From Eledone cirrhosa (taxonomy: Eukaryota): a DNA stretch of 64,000 nucleotides. The position numbers and the translations under genes were made by a program. Under the pieces are notes generated by a model. The model saw only the letters and a list, made by a program, of their open reading frames with translations, had not been told where the DNA came from and did no database searches. Each line of letters starts with the position of its first letter. Position 1 is the stretch's first letter. Location: the NCBI GenBank assembly GCA_964016885.1, contig OZ024756.1, forward strand, positions 33,666,001 to 33,730,000, written 5' to 3'. This document shows, piece after piece, positions 44,207-60,590 of the stretch.

Positions 44207-44465
44207 TATATAGTACAAATACCTTTAACAGGTCAATATCAAAGGATTCTATTTTCAAAACAAAACCAACATGGTAATGGAAACGTCGATAAAATCGACT
44301 CCAGTATTTGACTGATCTTTTATTTTTTCGAACCCTGAAGGGTAAAAGACAAAGTTGAACTCGAAGGATTAATCCTCACCAGAACGTAAACAGTCGTAAA
44401 TACATACTACCAAGCATTACTTCCGACAATGTAACGATTCCACCGGTCAACCATCCTTCAATAAT

Positions 44466-44652
44466 AATTGTTTCTACTTTAGGCACAAGGCCAGCAATTA
44501 CCCCAGTGCATAACTGGTACTTTATTTTATGAACCCCGTAATGATGAAGGGCAAATTTAACCTCGGAAGAACTTGAACTCAAATCATAAAGGGTCGTAAC
44601 TCTATGCTGCAAAGCATGGTGTCCGACATTCTACCGATACTGCCAATCCACC
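44466..44652 (-). mobile_element. SINE family A
   Basis: Matches the consensus in reverse complement. An older related copy lies immediately upstream (~44285-44450). Confidence 0.9.
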
Positions 44653-44964
44653 ATAATCGGTCAGTAATAATGATTAGATCGGTAAATGTTAAAATATTTC
44701 TAAAAAGATTAATACAGCAGAAATGAAATTGATTCTATAACATTTAACATAGCCTATAGACTACAAATTATCAATACAATAACATACCTGTCAAATCTAC
44801 CCGTCGAACGGGAGAGATGTCTTCTCTTGCGAAAATAGCTGCTATCTATCCAAAGTGTTGATAACGCCAATTGTAAAAGCATGTAGCTTTATGGTTAATT
44901 TGTTCTGCCCATAACGTATTGTCACCGATTTCGATTCCTGGCAGTACGTTGTCTTTAAGTAATG

Positions 44965-45159
44965 CAGACATGTCAACTCTCCCCGTTCAACACGAAGATC
45001 TTCCACCCACTTTGGGGTTGGTGAGAGATGTCTATCTTGCGAAAATCGGTATAGCTTTCGTTATGTAAAATCTCCCAATTTTACCTCATTTTTTCCCCCG
45101 TTTTGGGTCACTTATTTTCATGGTACTTCCCATCTGGGTTTTAGAGGTTGACATGTCTG
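44965..45159. mobile_element. MITE with 13-bp TIRs (hAT-like, tentative)
   Basis: CAGACATGTCAAC ... GTTGACATGTCTG; flanks AAGTAATG / TAATAATG match 6 of 8. A related 5' fragment lies at ~44783-44840. The element abuts an old SINE head at ~44872-44960. Confidence 0.7.
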
Positions 45160-45865
45160 TAATAATGTTATCACTATTAGCAAGGCACATGAGAGTCAAC
45201 AAGGCGAGATGGAATTGATCTATAATACAGATTTATATTTCAGGTTTTCTAGAGGTCTTTCAACTCTGTTAGTAATATTTATATTAAAAAATGCTAATAT
45301 TCACTATTTAAATTACACAAGTAATCCATTATATAATATTAGATTCCGCTATTAGTATCATACGTGTGTTTGATTTGATTTGATTGTAATTTGACAATGT
45401 ATATAGTAACACTTATGTAGGCGGTATACTTAACCTAGACAATAACAGATTAGTATATGTTGTAATCATTATATAATGTCTATAACTCAAACGTAGTTTC
45501 GTCTGCTATCGATTATAGTCACCTGTGTGTCTGTAAATTGTTGCTGCGATCTATTATTGGCTTTTATGATTAATTAACAATGTGTTAACATCAACATAGT
45601 GTGACTGGCGAAAGTAAAATGGCTTTTAGTATACATTGTAAATATTGCGATTGAAAACAAAACTTTGTTTTTTTTTGCTTCTTTCATAACTTAATTGATA
45701 TTGCAAAAAATGTAATTATATATATTACAATTTTCGATAAATTAATATATATTAGTTTTATGGAACCACCAATTTGATATTTTAATTTCAATTTTGAATC
45801 TTTTTCCTTCGTTGTTTTCCTAACTTTAGTCGGATTGATTTTATTGGCAAAGTGAAGTAAATCCG

Positions 45866-46150
45866 ATGTGTTGGAGCACGATGCTCAATCTATTGTGTTT
45901 AATTAATAAAGCGTCCACTATGGGGTTTCTCCGGAGGGCCTTTGGAGTAACGTTACATAGCTCGGAGATCAACGGAGTTACTTCAGGTAGCGTCCCAAAT
46001 TCTTCGAAGCGAGAGATCCCTGCTCCGATACGACGGTCTGGTGGTTAGAAAAGAATCACTGGAAACATTTTACGAGCAAAGCCAGCTGCCGTCAGGAGAC
46101 ACCAAGCAACATGACTTAATATCATTTATGAACTCGGTTGGTCTCCCTTG
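45866..46150 (+). mobile_element. Degenerate RTE-clade LINE ORF 3' region
   Basis: Frameshifted remnants MGFLRRAFGVTL, SSEI, ERSLLR and ELGWS resemble RTE ORF C-termini. Confidence 0.5.
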
Positions 46151-46323
46151 AGAAGAAGAAGAAGAAGAAGAAGAAGAAGAAGAAGAAGAAGAAGAAGAAG
46201 AAGAAGAAGAAGAAGAAGAAGAAGAAGAAGAAGAAGAAGAAGAAGAAGAAGAAGAAGAAGAAGAAGAAGAAGAAGAAGAAGAAGAAGAAGAAGAAGAAGA
46301 AGAAGAAGAAGAAGAAGAAGAAG
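46151..46323. repeat. Pure (GAA)n microsatellite
   Basis: About 57 uninterrupted units; source of the poly-K/F/L ORFs. Confidence 0.99.
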
Positions 46324-46979
46324 ATAGACATCCTGACTTGTCTTGCTCAAGTTCGTCGCTTTCAGGGTCTAAATACAGTTATTGCTCCCATGGAAAGAAA
46401 GGGAGAGAGGGAGATAGAAATAGAGAGAAGAAGAGAGGAAGAGAGACAGACAGAGGAAGTGAGGAACAGATGTAGGGGAAGAATCGAATCCATTGCTAGA
46501 TTGTTATTTTATTTATCAACCTTGAAATGATAAGAGACGTATTTTGAACTCAGATAGCAGAGAGACAAAACGAATTCTGCGAAGCATTCCATCCGTCGCT
46601 TTAATTGCGGACATAACTGAAACCCTTTCAAAGTTCATTTCACGTAAGAGGTTGAACTATGTAATACATCTCCAGTGAGGTTTTCAAATATTAGGTACAA
46701 AATTATCGTCTTTAGATTCAATATATCATATTGTTAAGACAATTAGCAGCAACATCTCGCCACATCTTTTCAACTGCGCAATTTCATTCAAGAACTATGC
46801 GATACATAGATATTGAAATACGCTCCGATTGGTCTCTAAATTAGAGAAGAATTCCTCAGTAACTATCAAAATATATTACATTTGGCATGGTAAGTGTAGT
46901 ATAAATGGTAGAATTGATATTAGTGTCGTGTCGAAACTCCATAAATAATAGCGGAAAATATCCCATATTTCGGCCTGTG

Positions 46980-47070
<91 letters not shown>

Positions 47071-47198
47071 TACATTCTTTGCAAATTATTCCCTGTGATT
47101 GTTTCATATGTTTATTTTATATATACAGTGGATATGGCGCATGTCTCTCAGACGTGACAACCCCTAATTTTAATTTTGTATATATATATATATATACA

Positions 47199-47330
47199 GT
47201 AAAATGTTTAACCACGACGGCAGAGCTCAAGCCATTTCGACGACTATTTCTGGACTGAAATAGCCGTCAAAACGGCTTGATCTCTGCCGTCGGGTGTAAG
47301 CATTTTCCTATTACCCACTCTACTACCCTG
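47199..47330. mobile_element. Family F-related hairpin element (diverged subfamily) in (TA)n
   Basis: CGACGGCAGAGCTCAAGCCATTTCGACGACTATTTC / GAAATAGCCGTCAAAACGGCTTGATCTCTGCCGTCG, then CCTATTACCCACTCTACTACCCT. Confidence 0.85.
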
Positions 47331-47433
<103 letters not shown>

Positions 47434-47512
47434 TGTAACTAGGGATTATTTTCTTTGTTTTTGTGCCTCTCCTTTGTTCTGTACTACGCCATCTTGTTTT
47501 ATATATATATAC

Positions 47513-47564
<52 letters not shown>

Positions 47565-47879
47565 TATTTCATACAATAGTCTTTAGCAGCTGCGAGCTTC
47601 GCTTCGAAAGTTTTATCATACCGACTAATCAACGGAGTAACTTAAGAATGAATGATTACTTGTGCTCATAATTAGAAACGCCCGGAATGACTTTGTCTTA
47701 TTTATGTTTTTATATTAATATATTTTCACCCTTTGCATATTTCTGTTCTTCCTGTTCTTTCTTTAAATATAGTTATTCCTTATATATATGTATATATATT
47801 ATATATATATATAGAGAGAGAGATATAGTATATATATATATAGTATATAGTATATAGAGATATAGTATATATATATATA

Positions 47880-47960
<81 letters not shown>

Positions 47961-49695
47961 CTATATATATATATATACTATATATATATATTATCTCTCT
48001 CTCTATATATATATATACATATACTATATATATATATATATATATATATACTATATATACATATATATATATATATACTTTATATTTATTTATATATATT
48101 TATATATATTTATACTCCTTATATATTCAATGTTGAACGATCATATTGCAAGTAATACCAGCCAGTGAGCGCCAATGCGTCTCCAAACAATTGATGTAGA
48201 ATAATGGAAATTACAACAAATAACACACATATAGCTATTGTCTGAAGAACCAATTAGAAACACATTAAGAGTTAAATAACAAAGAGAAAATAGACCAAAC
48301 ATGTACTTATTTATTTGTTTTATATATATTTAGCAATGTGTGGTGAAACTTAGTGGCTTTGGTTACAAGTTTCCAACGGATAAATCATAAGTACACCATA
48401 TTTCTGACAGCAAGTGTTACAAGGGACTACCAAACTTCCCACAGAACATATATTACAAGAAACTTAGGTCACAAAGGACTAAAATTTCGGTTTTTATGAC
48501 GACGTTTATATCATTTTTTAAATATTCTTGTATTCTTGCTCGAAAACTTCTACACATAGATACAAACACACACGCACACACGCACACACATGTATTTTTT
48601 TTTTTTGGGGGGGGGGGAATCCTGTATATATATATATACATTGATCTAGTAATAGGGTACTCCATTATCAAAAGAGCCAAACCTATAGTTTTGCGTAATG
48701 TTTTTCCTATTGTCTGTTTTGTGTGTGTTTGTGGATGTAAAATATATTCCACACACTTTTCTATCTACCAAGTTTCTCTTATAAGGTTTTGGTTTAACTG
48801 AGGCTAGAGTAAAAGAAAACAACGTACCTAAGTTGACACACTATGGCCTATGATTCAGACACACTACTTAACAAGGCGAATTCCTTAATCACATAGCCAT
48901 ACGTATGCTTGTCGTTGTTGCTCTTTTAATTTAAAATTCTGTTCAAAATTCATCAATCATAAATAAGATGTAAATCTCTCGCGTCAGGATTATCACATAT
49001 ATGTAAACGTACATAGGATTATATTTTAACATATATTTTAATACGATGTGGATAAATATTTAATGAATACTTACTTACTATTTCTAGCTAAATAAATGGA
49101 CACCTTTAAAAAGTTGCATTAGAGTGGTTGGCTCTAAGATGTATTATATGATATGATATTCACGAGATATTATTTATTCCAGAAATTAATCCAAACATCT
49201 GTTACCTTATAGGAAAGTATTTAGTGCGCATGATAATCATTTAATCACATAGATGTACTCTATTTAATAAAATGACAACACCAAAGAAATAACGTATATT
49301 TCTATGCTGATGTTTCATCAGATAGTGTATGATACAACATTACGTTCGTGAAACATCGTTCAAAATATTTGCTAATACACTATTTCAAATGTATGATGCA
49401 TTATTCAGGATCTGTTTGTAAATACGCGGACAGAATTATGTCATATTGTCTAAACCTCAGAAAGTTTTCAAATCAAGTATAAATCAATGTACAGTGCACT
49501 TTGTTTCATTTACATTGTGCTTCTAAAACAATTTTATAGACATACCGCCATTGTTTTCAGGAATTCTTCTGAATTTCTTGACCTAGAGGTTAGTTTCTGA
49601 CAGGTATCATATATAAACCAGCTTTATACAGATATACTATATTAATAAGATTTAATATTTATATATATATACATGAGTTTATCTATATATATATA

Positions 49696-49775
<80 letters not shown>

Positions 49776-49852
49776 TAAATAGATAGATAGATAGATAGAT
49801 ATATAGATAAATATATATATATAGAGAGAGATAAATATATATATATAGAGAG

Positions 49853-49905
<53 letters not shown>

Positions 49906-50319
49906 CATATACATGCATATATAAATAAGAAAGTAAGGTTATATATGTGTGTGTATTTGTCTGTGCGTGTCTGTGTGTATGTGTACGTATATATGTATAT
50001 ATGGATGTAGGTGTGCGTGTGTGTGTTTATAACAGAGAAATTGTGAATTTCATTGGAAACATACATAACATTATGACTTCTTCCTTCATGTATATTTAAA
50101 CGAGTGGCAAATGTCTGGATAAATATATTCAATATTTAATGTATACGAACACTATCTACACTAAATCATTGTACTCAGAAACTGTTTGAATGAAAACAAG
50201 AATATATAAAATCTTTGAACATTTTAATTAAATAGAATAATCTCATCTCTACTGTGACATTTGTTAAATATAAATCTAGCGTCATTCATGTTATCTGGCG
50301 TTAAAAATATTTTCAGGGG

Positions 50320-50365
<46 letters not shown>

Positions 50366-50384
50366 ATGTGTGTGTGTGTGTGTG

Positions 50385-50540
<156 letters not shown>

Positions 50541-50698
50541 ATACAAAACTAGACTGCAGCTTTCAATAGTGAGAAATTAAGCTTTCCTCTATTTTGAACG
50601 CTGCTCTATACAAATATTAATAGATAATTATATACATATATATATATATGTATATATATAATACACACACGCATATATATATATATAATTATCTATTA

Positions 50699-50798
<100 letters not shown>

Positions 50799-50850
50799 AT
50801 ATATATAATAATGTGTGTACAGATTTTAAACATACAAACATACACACACA

Positions 50851-50899
<49 letters not shown>

Positions 50900-51975
50900 G
50901 TGTTTATGTGTGTGTGTTTGAATGTTTAAAATCTATTCAGAAATTACTATTTTATATGAAATTCATTTCTGATACTTTGATCTCTTCCGTTGATCTGTTC
51001 CGTTGTATTCAGTTATTGCATGGCGGCATTTTCTGACATAACACTAAACAACCATTAAGTTGAAATGCATCAATTTAAGTTATGTAATTTCATTTGATAT
51101 TTTCTATTTCAAATCTAAAATATTGGAACATATTGTTTCGTCATGCCGATATTCAGATTTGTTATTTGAATGTTCTAATATTTATTGTCGTCTGTTAATA
51201 AAATTCAAACAAGAAAGTTTTAAGAGCTTTTTGCACTTTGGATATATTAAATGAAATAATGACAAAATATGGTGGAATAGAGAATGTTCTTAGAAAAGTT
51301 ATTTCAAATGATATGCCAATGCCATTATAACGACAAAAATGAACTCTGAGCTGCAGGATTAGTTTGTTGTTAAACACTGTATTCTGGATTTTAAATGTTA
51401 ACTTAAAATGGACATCAATTAGATTCATTATTTGATGAAACAAGAACTTTTTTAATCAGTGAGATGACTTTCATTAAATTATAATTATATCATAGTTAAC
51501 GAACTATTTTAAAATTCGAAATAAATTAATACACTTGGATTTTATATTGTTTTGTTTAATTTCTTAGACTATAGAAAAAGTATATATACAAACACAAGGA
51601 GGGATGCAAATAGAAAAGACAAAACACGAAAAGATGTGTGGAAGATGAGTCACAGAGGGCAATAATCATCAATAAAGTCGCAAGCTGTGACAAAAGGACT
51701 TTATGATTTAATTAATAAGTTGATTAATCTACTTGTTGGTGTGTTTATTATCTGATTAATAAAACTGAAATGAAACGCAAGCTAGTACGTGCGTTTTGAT
51801 TGCCGAAGACACAATACATGTTTCTATACACGATTTCACATCACGAAACTTACAAAACCATTGCAAAAACGAAGAAGAAATATGTTTAATAGGAAAGTTT
51901 CCGTTATATATATTTTATTTTAACTGACTTAGCCTTATGACGAATAGCGGATCCCATTATTATTTTCAATCATCG

Positions 51976-52170
51976 GTGGTGATGGATTGGCAGTATCGGT
52001 AGAGGGTCTGACGCCATGCTTTGCGGCAAAGAGTTACGGCCCTTTATTAGCTGAGTTCAAATCCCGCCGAGGTTAACTTTGCCTTTCATCCTTACGGGGT
52101 CGATGAAATAAAGTACCAGTAATACACTGGGACAATTGCTGGCCTTGTGCCAAAAGTAGAAACAATTATT
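51976..52170 (+). mobile_element. SINE family A, 19-bp TSD
   Basis: TSD ATTATTATTTTCAATCATC at 51956-51974 and 52165-52183. Confidence 0.95.
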
Positions 52171-52795
52171 ATTTTCAATCATCTGATTACATTGATTCCG
52201 ACATTTAGTTTGGGATGTATATATAACCCCCGGGAGATATAAAAGACAAAGTCAAGTTGTCTGGTAGAATGTGAACCGATGATCGAAATGGCCATAACAA
52301 ATTACTGAAAATAGCAACCAAATGTCCACAAATCTCAAAATAGCATCATAAGTAAAGGAAGGATATATTAGTCAATGAAATCCATGATGGAATGATCACA
52401 GTTGAGATGCCTTCCAATATAGATCTACTCAATCACCAATAACCTGTGACTAAATATCAATAATTCAAAGGAAGCTCTTATATTCTAATGATTCATCCAT
52501 TCATTCTATATTCAATAAATACCTAGCTTATATTCAGCAGCTGTGCCATATAAAACTGAAAGAAATTACATCAACGGTAAACCTTACCTTAGGCTTAATT
52601 ATCCTTAAGCTTACTTAAGTAATGGTATTTATATAGATAGTTCTCGTAGTTACTGAACGAGAGATAGCGGTGTTTCGTTGTTGAGTTCCATGTCATCCAT
52701 GATTAATGAGACTTATGAGGGAAGGGCTTCATCACTGAAAAACTCGATATTTTCTAAAATATTTGGTATCAGAGATTTCATTATTATATGCATAC

Positions 52796-53010
52796 GATGG
52801 ATTGGAAATATCGGTAGAAGGTCAGACACCATGCTTTGTGGCATAGAGTTTTGGCCCCTTAAATTCCGAGTTCAAATCCCGCCGAGGTTAGCTTTGCCTT
52901 TCATCATTACGGCGTCGATAAAATAAAGTACCAGAAACACACTGGGCTCGATATAATCAACTTTCCTTTTCCCTAAACATCCCTGACCTTGTGTCTAAAC
53001 CCCAAATCAG
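52796..53010 (+). mobile_element. SINE family A-related (longer 3' variant), 12-bp TSD
   Basis: TSD TATTATATGCAT at 52782-52793 and 53011-53022. Extra GGGCTCGATATAATCAAC segment as at 30820. Confidence 0.88.
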
Positions 53011-54210
53011 TATTATATGCATCCTTTTCCAGGATATATGGGGAATGTTGTTATTATATTTAGCAGGTCGAATGGTGGCTATATAAATGTACTCTCTGGC
53101 TATATGTCCTTCTATACGTATAATAATATACTCTACAATTTAGCACTTATTTCTACCAAGTCAAATCAAGACACTTCAAAATAATATATGTTTCTGTGGA
53201 ATCAATGTACGCAGCTGCGTCATACTACAAGGGTATTTTCAGACGTCTATTTTAAACATAATTTAAAGCAAGTCTTTATTGTATTTGGTAAATCTATGAA
53301 AAGTCGATAAAATACTTGCTTTGAACATCATTAACTTATAGAGAAACTTAGATATTATGCCAAAACATCTAATAAACAACAAGATAAATTGCACTAATTA
53401 ATATACGTCGTCCATAATCAGGCCTGGTTATTATTTTCAAAAATGTTCTGCTAAATGGAAAGTCGACAGACAATAAATAGTTTAATTTTATCATACGTTA
53501 ATTTAGTTTTCCTGGTATAATTACTTTCCAATGGAAACTAATTAATGGTGAAACTAAATACGGCAAGCAATTGTAAACAACAAAGAACTGATATATTATA
53601 ACAGGATTAAATATATGTTAGAACATAGATCAATAGAAGGAGGTTTCATCAGAGTGAGCGAAAGTTTTTGTCAGAGAGTGTGTGAGATAGTAATAGGCCC
53701 TGGTAAAACCGCAGCGTCATTAAAAATGATCTCTTCGCAATCACGATGGCCTGGGCTCTATACAAAATGACACAATATTCTGCGTAAAATCAGCCAAACG
53801 TTTTGTGGGTGGTAAGTTGTAATAGTAACAGCAACCAGTAAATCGGTTACATTAGTTGCTATGGCCACATCGGTTATGGCAAGGTTATCAATTGCATTTT
53901 ATCGACACTAATTAACTAAATGTATACACACATACACCCCATATATATATATATATATATACACAGTTCAAGAGTAACCAATCTTAAAGAGGGAGATGTA
54001 GATAGAAGAGGAGGTCGGAGAGGAGAGATTGGTGAATTAGTTAGAAGCCAAAGCGTAAAGGCATGTGCTCAATGTGCAATATGCAGTGGAAAGCAGCTAG
54101 GTGGCTGGGTTCATGCAGGAGTTAGGCGCACAGAATGGTGTGGTCTTGTTTTGCTTAACTAATGAAAATATATATATATATATATATGTGTGTGTTTATA
54201 TATATATATG

Positions 54211-54976
<766 letters not shown>

Positions 54977-55067
54977 TATATATATATATATATGCATGTA
55001 TATATATGTGTGTTTATATATATATATGCATATATATATATATATATGTATAAATGTATATATATAG

Positions 55068-55461
55068 ATATTGTTATACTTGGGGAGGGTCATATTTGTG
55101 TAATATTGCCAGAATTAATAACAGAACACACTCACTATTTGGTTGTTTTTCGCTTCTCGCTGTCTTTTATATCGGTAATCTAACTTACTCGGTCCTCAAT
55201 GTTGCCATTGACTGACCGACGGTCAAAAATAATACAGATACAATATAGACACAAACACATATATATAGTTTATCATAAATCTTTCGTTGCACATCTGCAA
55301 CATCGTCAGTGGTGTTATATTTTCCTCCTGTTGTGTTGTATGTCTACGCCATTTTTTCAGTCTGTCTATCTTACAAAAATATGACCCTCCCCAAGTATAA
55401 CAATATTTGTTTCGACACACGATTTCATATAAAAAACCTCTCAAAACTAATTCATCGCCGC
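55068..55461. mobile_element. Element with 38-bp inverted repeat flanked by (TA)n
   Basis: ATATTGTTATACTTGGGGAGGGTCATATTT (from 55068) is inverted at 55369-55406. A ~55-bp extension leads to the TA tract. Confidence 0.6.
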
Positions 55462-55543
55462 TATATATATAGATATATACATTTATATACATATATATAT
55501 GCATATATATATATATATAACATATATATATACATATATATCC

Positions 55544-55576
<33 letters not shown>

Positions 55577-55601
55577 AACATATATATATACATATATATA
55601 C

Positions 55602-55697
<96 letters not shown>

Positions 55698-55724
55698 GTA
55701 TATATATGTATATATAAATATATA

Positions 55725-55761
<37 letters not shown>

Positions 55762-55764
55762 GTG

Positions 55765-55797
<33 letters not shown>

Positions 55798-55802
55798 GTG
55801 TG

Positions 55803-55877
<75 letters not shown>

Positions 55878-55888
55878 ATGCATATATG

Positions 55889-55920
<32 letters not shown>

Positions 55921-55924
55921 AATG

Positions 55925-55958
<34 letters not shown>

Positions 55959-55959
55959 C

Positions 55960-56020
<61 letters not shown>

Positions 56021-56025
56021 TACAT

Positions 56026-56092
<67 letters not shown>

Positions 56093-56122
56093 CATGTGTG
56101 TGTATATACATATATATATACT

Positions 56123-56180
<58 letters not shown>
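55462..56180. repeat. Long compound (TA)n/(TG)n tract
   Basis: About 720 bp, directly visible. Confidence 0.95.
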
Positions 56181-56183
<3 letters not shown>

Positions 56184-56191
56184 CCAGAGAG

Positions 56192-56403
56192 AGAAGTAGT
56201 TCCACAACAGTTAGTTCACCATTACCGAGAACAATTGTTTCACCTTATTCTAAAAATCATCTCGGTTTAAAACCAAACTGATGATCCGAATAAGGTGAAA
56301 CATTTGTTCTCTAATGGTGAACTGTTGTGGAACTACTTCTACCAAAATCGCCCTATGGACTGCATGCTCTACTACTAAGGACATAACCCACCAGTGTTCC
56401 ACT
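56192..56403 (+). mobile_element. Hairpin element with hammerhead motif in (TA)n
   Basis: Imperfect arms 56192-56268 and 56270-56340. Plus strand has CTGATGA-TCC GAATAA GGT-GAAA-CATTTG-TT-CTC (56278-56311). The other arm keeps palindromic CAATTG and stem I CGAG/CTCG. Confidence 0.7.
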
Positions 56404-56447
56404 ATTATATATATATATATTAAAATATATTAGTATTATTATTATTA

Positions 56448-56815
<368 letters not shown>

Positions 56816-57796
56816 GTTGTTACGTGCCATGCAGTTATACTAAAAAATGTAAATAAATGAGATGCTCACATGCGCATTGCTGTATTTCCATATCTAGGCT
56901 ATGGCACGTTATATAATATACTTCCATAGAAATCTGACTCTCTTCTCTATTGGAAACATGTGCATGAATGTTAGCAAGCAAATTGCACACCCGCACTATT
57001 GTGTTTAAGATAGGTTGAAGGCATTGATAATAAAACATTTAACGTAGCCAAAGAGATATATTTTCGAATAAATGGTGCCTCACATAGTCACGTCTTTCTG
57101 TGGGAGTGATTACACTAACTTTCTTATAAGAAATACAAAGCTAATCTTCAATTTGATTTCTCTAAATATGGTGTCTTGCAGAGAGATTCGCTGATAGAAA
57201 GACTCAAATGATTATCGGTCTTCTAGTCTATTATTTAGAGGATCGTCTCCGACTCTGTGTCAGTAATGTATTATCACCAATAAAATCAATGTAATGTTAC
57301 AGAAGATAGACATCACTGCCATAGAAGAAAGGAATAGAAAAGTTTAAACTAACACATAAATTAGAATCTTTATTTAGTTAAAGAAAACGTAAGATGAGTC
57401 AGATGACACTGGCTGATTCTTCTAGAAGAAAAAAAACAAATCAGGCAGAAAAAATCTAAGTTGATAGTACTAAACATAAACATTCGCTACTAAACATAAA
57501 CATTCGAACTAAATAACCTCGCTTTACATAATTTAAAATGTTAAAGAATTTAAGAGAACAGTTCTTCGAAAGATACTCTTCAGAGGGGAGAAGATAACCA
57601 GTTATAGCTTAGATGTAGATGAGATAAATATTAAACGAAAGTTAGAAGTATTCTAAGAATTTATTTTTTAAGATGCCTGAATAACATCAACACCTTTCTA
57701 TCCTATCCTATCTATTCTGCCACATTTTCTTTTTATCCTCGTCTGTTTCCTTTTTCTTCTTCTCTCCCAAACATCCCCTTTTCTCTCATTTTTCTA

Positions 57797-57832
57797 TCAT
57801 CTAATGAAGGACTAGAGTCTGAAATATCAAGA
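57797..57832 (+). ncRNA. Decayed minimal hammerhead-like motif
   Basis: CTAATGA-AGGAC TAGA GTCT-GAAA-TA-TC-AAGA; homolog of 18776-18807 with a core mutation. Confidence 0.35.
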
Positions 57833-57891
57833 CACCTTACCTAAATATATCAAGTGTTAAACTTATTCACCATTATTGTATTACATTTTTA

Positions 57892-58082
57892 GGTGGATTG
57901 GCAGTATCGGTGGAGGGTCGGACTTCATCCTTTGCAGCATAGAGTTACGACCCTTTTACGGTCTGAGTTCAAATCCCGCCGAGGTAAACTTTGCCTTTTA
58001 TCCTTACGTGGTCGATAAAATAAAGTACCGGTAATGTACTGGGATAATTGCTGGTCTTTTGCCAAAAGTAGAAACAATTATT
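57892..58082 (+). mobile_element. SINE family A, 19-bp TSD (1 mismatch)
   Basis: TSD ATTATTGTATTACATTTTT (57872-57890) / ATTATTATATTACATTTTT (58077-58095). Confidence 0.93.
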
Positions 58083-59653
58083 ATATTACATTTTTCTCCA
58101 CTGTTAACTTTTCTTATATATGTAATGAATGATAGGAATGCAATTAAAATATGATATGGTTATTACTAAACTACCAAAAAAATTATATATATATGATTAA
58201 GAAAAACATCAATGCTTGACTATTACCATCCACTGAAAAAAAAATCTGATACAGACAAAGTAACCAAACATATATACAGGTGATTGCCAACTGTATATGG
58301 AAGAACCGTAAGCAAGTATTTAAGTTAGTCGTTCCCTTTGTCAGCACACTAGCTAGCAGGAGAGAATGCTAAGAGAAACAGACGGAATAAAGAACATGCT
58401 CACAAGAAAAGCGCCCGAAAATATTTACACAAAAAAGTGCAGGAAAACGTACACAAACGCACAGGCATATAGCTATACATAAAATAGAGATGTTATATAA
58501 TAACAGGAGTATACATTATAAATATTTGAATTATATAACGTAACATTACTCATTATTGTGTCTATCTGAAAAAAAGAATTTAAAACAATTACATGCGGTG
58601 AAAATCATTGATTTAGTAAGGCTTTTAAAGCATTGAATTTCATTTAGACTACGGTAAATTTAAATATACTTAATTTTAAAGAATATTTTTACAATAAAAG
58701 CATTTAAATTAACATTTTACATAGTTTAAGTATTCCTTGCATTTGTGACATATCATTTTATCTATTTGACTTTGTAGGAATTGGTTACTGGAACGCTGAA
58801 GAATTTGGCAAAAATATTCACCAAAACAAAAATAGCATTTTTATATTTTCTTTATACGAATATTTTATATATCGCCTCTATATACATCTATCTGCCATTC
58901 GTAATAACTTGCTTCATTTTGTATCACCATCAACTTTAGAACATGCATAATACGCTGTCAATACATATATCATACATAAACATGAAATATATGGATGAAA
59001 CCCAATCAGCTATCCATTGAATGATTTTAAGTTTCCCTGGTTATCTGCCAGATAGATTTAATTCCTAGAGAGGCCAAATTGGGTTGCTTTATTACGAGAG
59101 AAAATGTTAAAACATTTCTCTATGACTGACTGGAATTGGCGCCTATCCACCACTTGTGTTTGTTGCTTCCATCTCGCTACATTATTCCTGCAGTCAAGAC
59201 CGTTAAATAGAATATTCTGAGACATACGATTTTGCTTCAAATTCGTTTTATATATTTCATTGAGAAATAAATGTAAGACTTTCGGTGTTGTTTACTAACG
59301 AAATGTGCAAGAGAAATGATATGATTAAAAAATAATGCGTAAGTACAGATATGTCACATCCAAGTAAGTTAATCAATCGATATGTGCTACTTCATAGCAA
59401 TATATATTCATGAAGAGATGTATGTAAATGTCAGAGTTGATGATGTGTCGATATACATTCGACTCTTGTTAGATATATTGTGTTTACAAGTAAAATATAT
59501 TATCTTAGTAGCTCAGAATACATCATTATAACAGACCACAATACCTCGTCACAGAATAATCGCATTCTCTTGTGAAAGACTTGCCTCGATAACCTTCGAT
59601 TTTGAAGAGGTGAACAAATATGGATGCATCAATTAATCACCTTTATTGTTCGA

Positions 59654-59720
59654 ATATATATGTGTATGTATGTATATATGTGGGGGGGGGTGCGTGTGTG
59701 TATATATATATATATATATA

Positions 59721-59770
<50 letters not shown>

Positions 59771-59787
59771 TAGATATAGATATATAC

Positions 59788-59830
<43 letters not shown>

Positions 59831-59840
59831 TATATACATA

Positions 59841-59890
<50 letters not shown>

Positions 59891-60143
59891 TATATACATA
59901 CATATATATATATAGAGAGAGAGATATATAGATATATACATACATATATATATATAGAGATATAGATATATACATACATTTATATATTTATATATATATA
60001 TGTATATATATACATACATATATATATATACATACATATATATATATACATACATATATATATATACATACATATATATATATACATATATATATATACA
60101 TACATATATATATATACATACATACATATATATACATACATAC

Positions 60144-60196
<53 letters not shown>

Positions 60197-60333
60197 CATA
60201 CATATATATATATACATACATACATATATATATATACATACATACATACAAATATATATATACATACATATATATATACATACATACATACATATATATA
60301 TACATACATACATATATATATATATATACATAC

Positions 60334-60432
<99 letters not shown>

Positions 60433-60437
60433 CATAC

Positions 60438-60468
<31 letters not shown>

Positions 60469-60489
60469 CATACATACATATATATATAC

Positions 60490-60532
<43 letters not shown>

Positions 60533-60545
60533 CATATATATATAC

Positions 60546-60590
<45 letters not shown>

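Noticed and set aside
48240-48275. CTGAAGA...GAAAC motif
   Set aside because: No stem II or stem I pairing; a chance match.
57469-57513. 20-bp tandem duplication TACTAAACATAAACATTCG
   Set aside because: An ordinary local slippage duplication with no further structure.
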